From the NCBI GenBank assembly GCA_964016885.1, contig OZ024764.1, forward strand, positions 16,120,001 through 16,184,000: DNA of 64,000 bases. The letters are read 5' to 3'. How positions within the stretch are numbered: the first letter of the stretch is position 1; every line of letters starts with the position of its first letter. The position numbers were made by a program, and so were the translations under genes. Positions 63,963-64,000 of this stretch are shown in pieces. The notes beneath the pieces were generated by a model. It was not told the DNA's origin. It saw only the letters and a list, made by a program, of their open reading frames with translations, and searched no databases. The stretch is from Eledone cirrhosa (Eukaryota).

Positions 63963-64000
63963 GTATGACACAACTGTAAGCCGCTCACACTACATCACCC

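Overview
Eukaryotic, AT-rich, repeat-saturated DNA. The repeat content (RTE LINEs with (GAT)n tails, tRNA-SINEs, long (TA)/(TG) tracts) looks cephalopod, Octopus-like; this is inference. The window lies inside one + strand gene, an RBM39/CAPER splicing-factor orthologue. Three short coding exons (3685-3738, 20558-20601, 56259-56318) splice in phase to MADDFDVEAMLEAPYRKE-DDVLKSDGRVEKER-R-HRRSRSSSRSRSNSPVKHR, separated by introns of about 17 kb and 36 kb. Nearly all listed ORFs are artefacts of satellites or decayed TEs. Three layers deserve follow-up: (1) candidate poison/frameshifting cassette exons in each of the three introns after the start codon, one preceded by a dense cluster of 3' splice-site-like motifs, suggesting an autoregulatory AS-NMD circuit; (2) about a dozen minimal hammerhead-ribozyme motifs (some decayed) from several Penelope-like families on both strands, often inside foldbacks, with stem covariation, plus a Penelope GIY-YIG remnant; (3) extensive dsRNA potential, including a ~280-bp inverted duplicate bracketing the start-codon exon, and repeated independent birth of minisatellites from the same TE segments. 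All calls are by eye, no searches were run, and TE boundaries are approximate.
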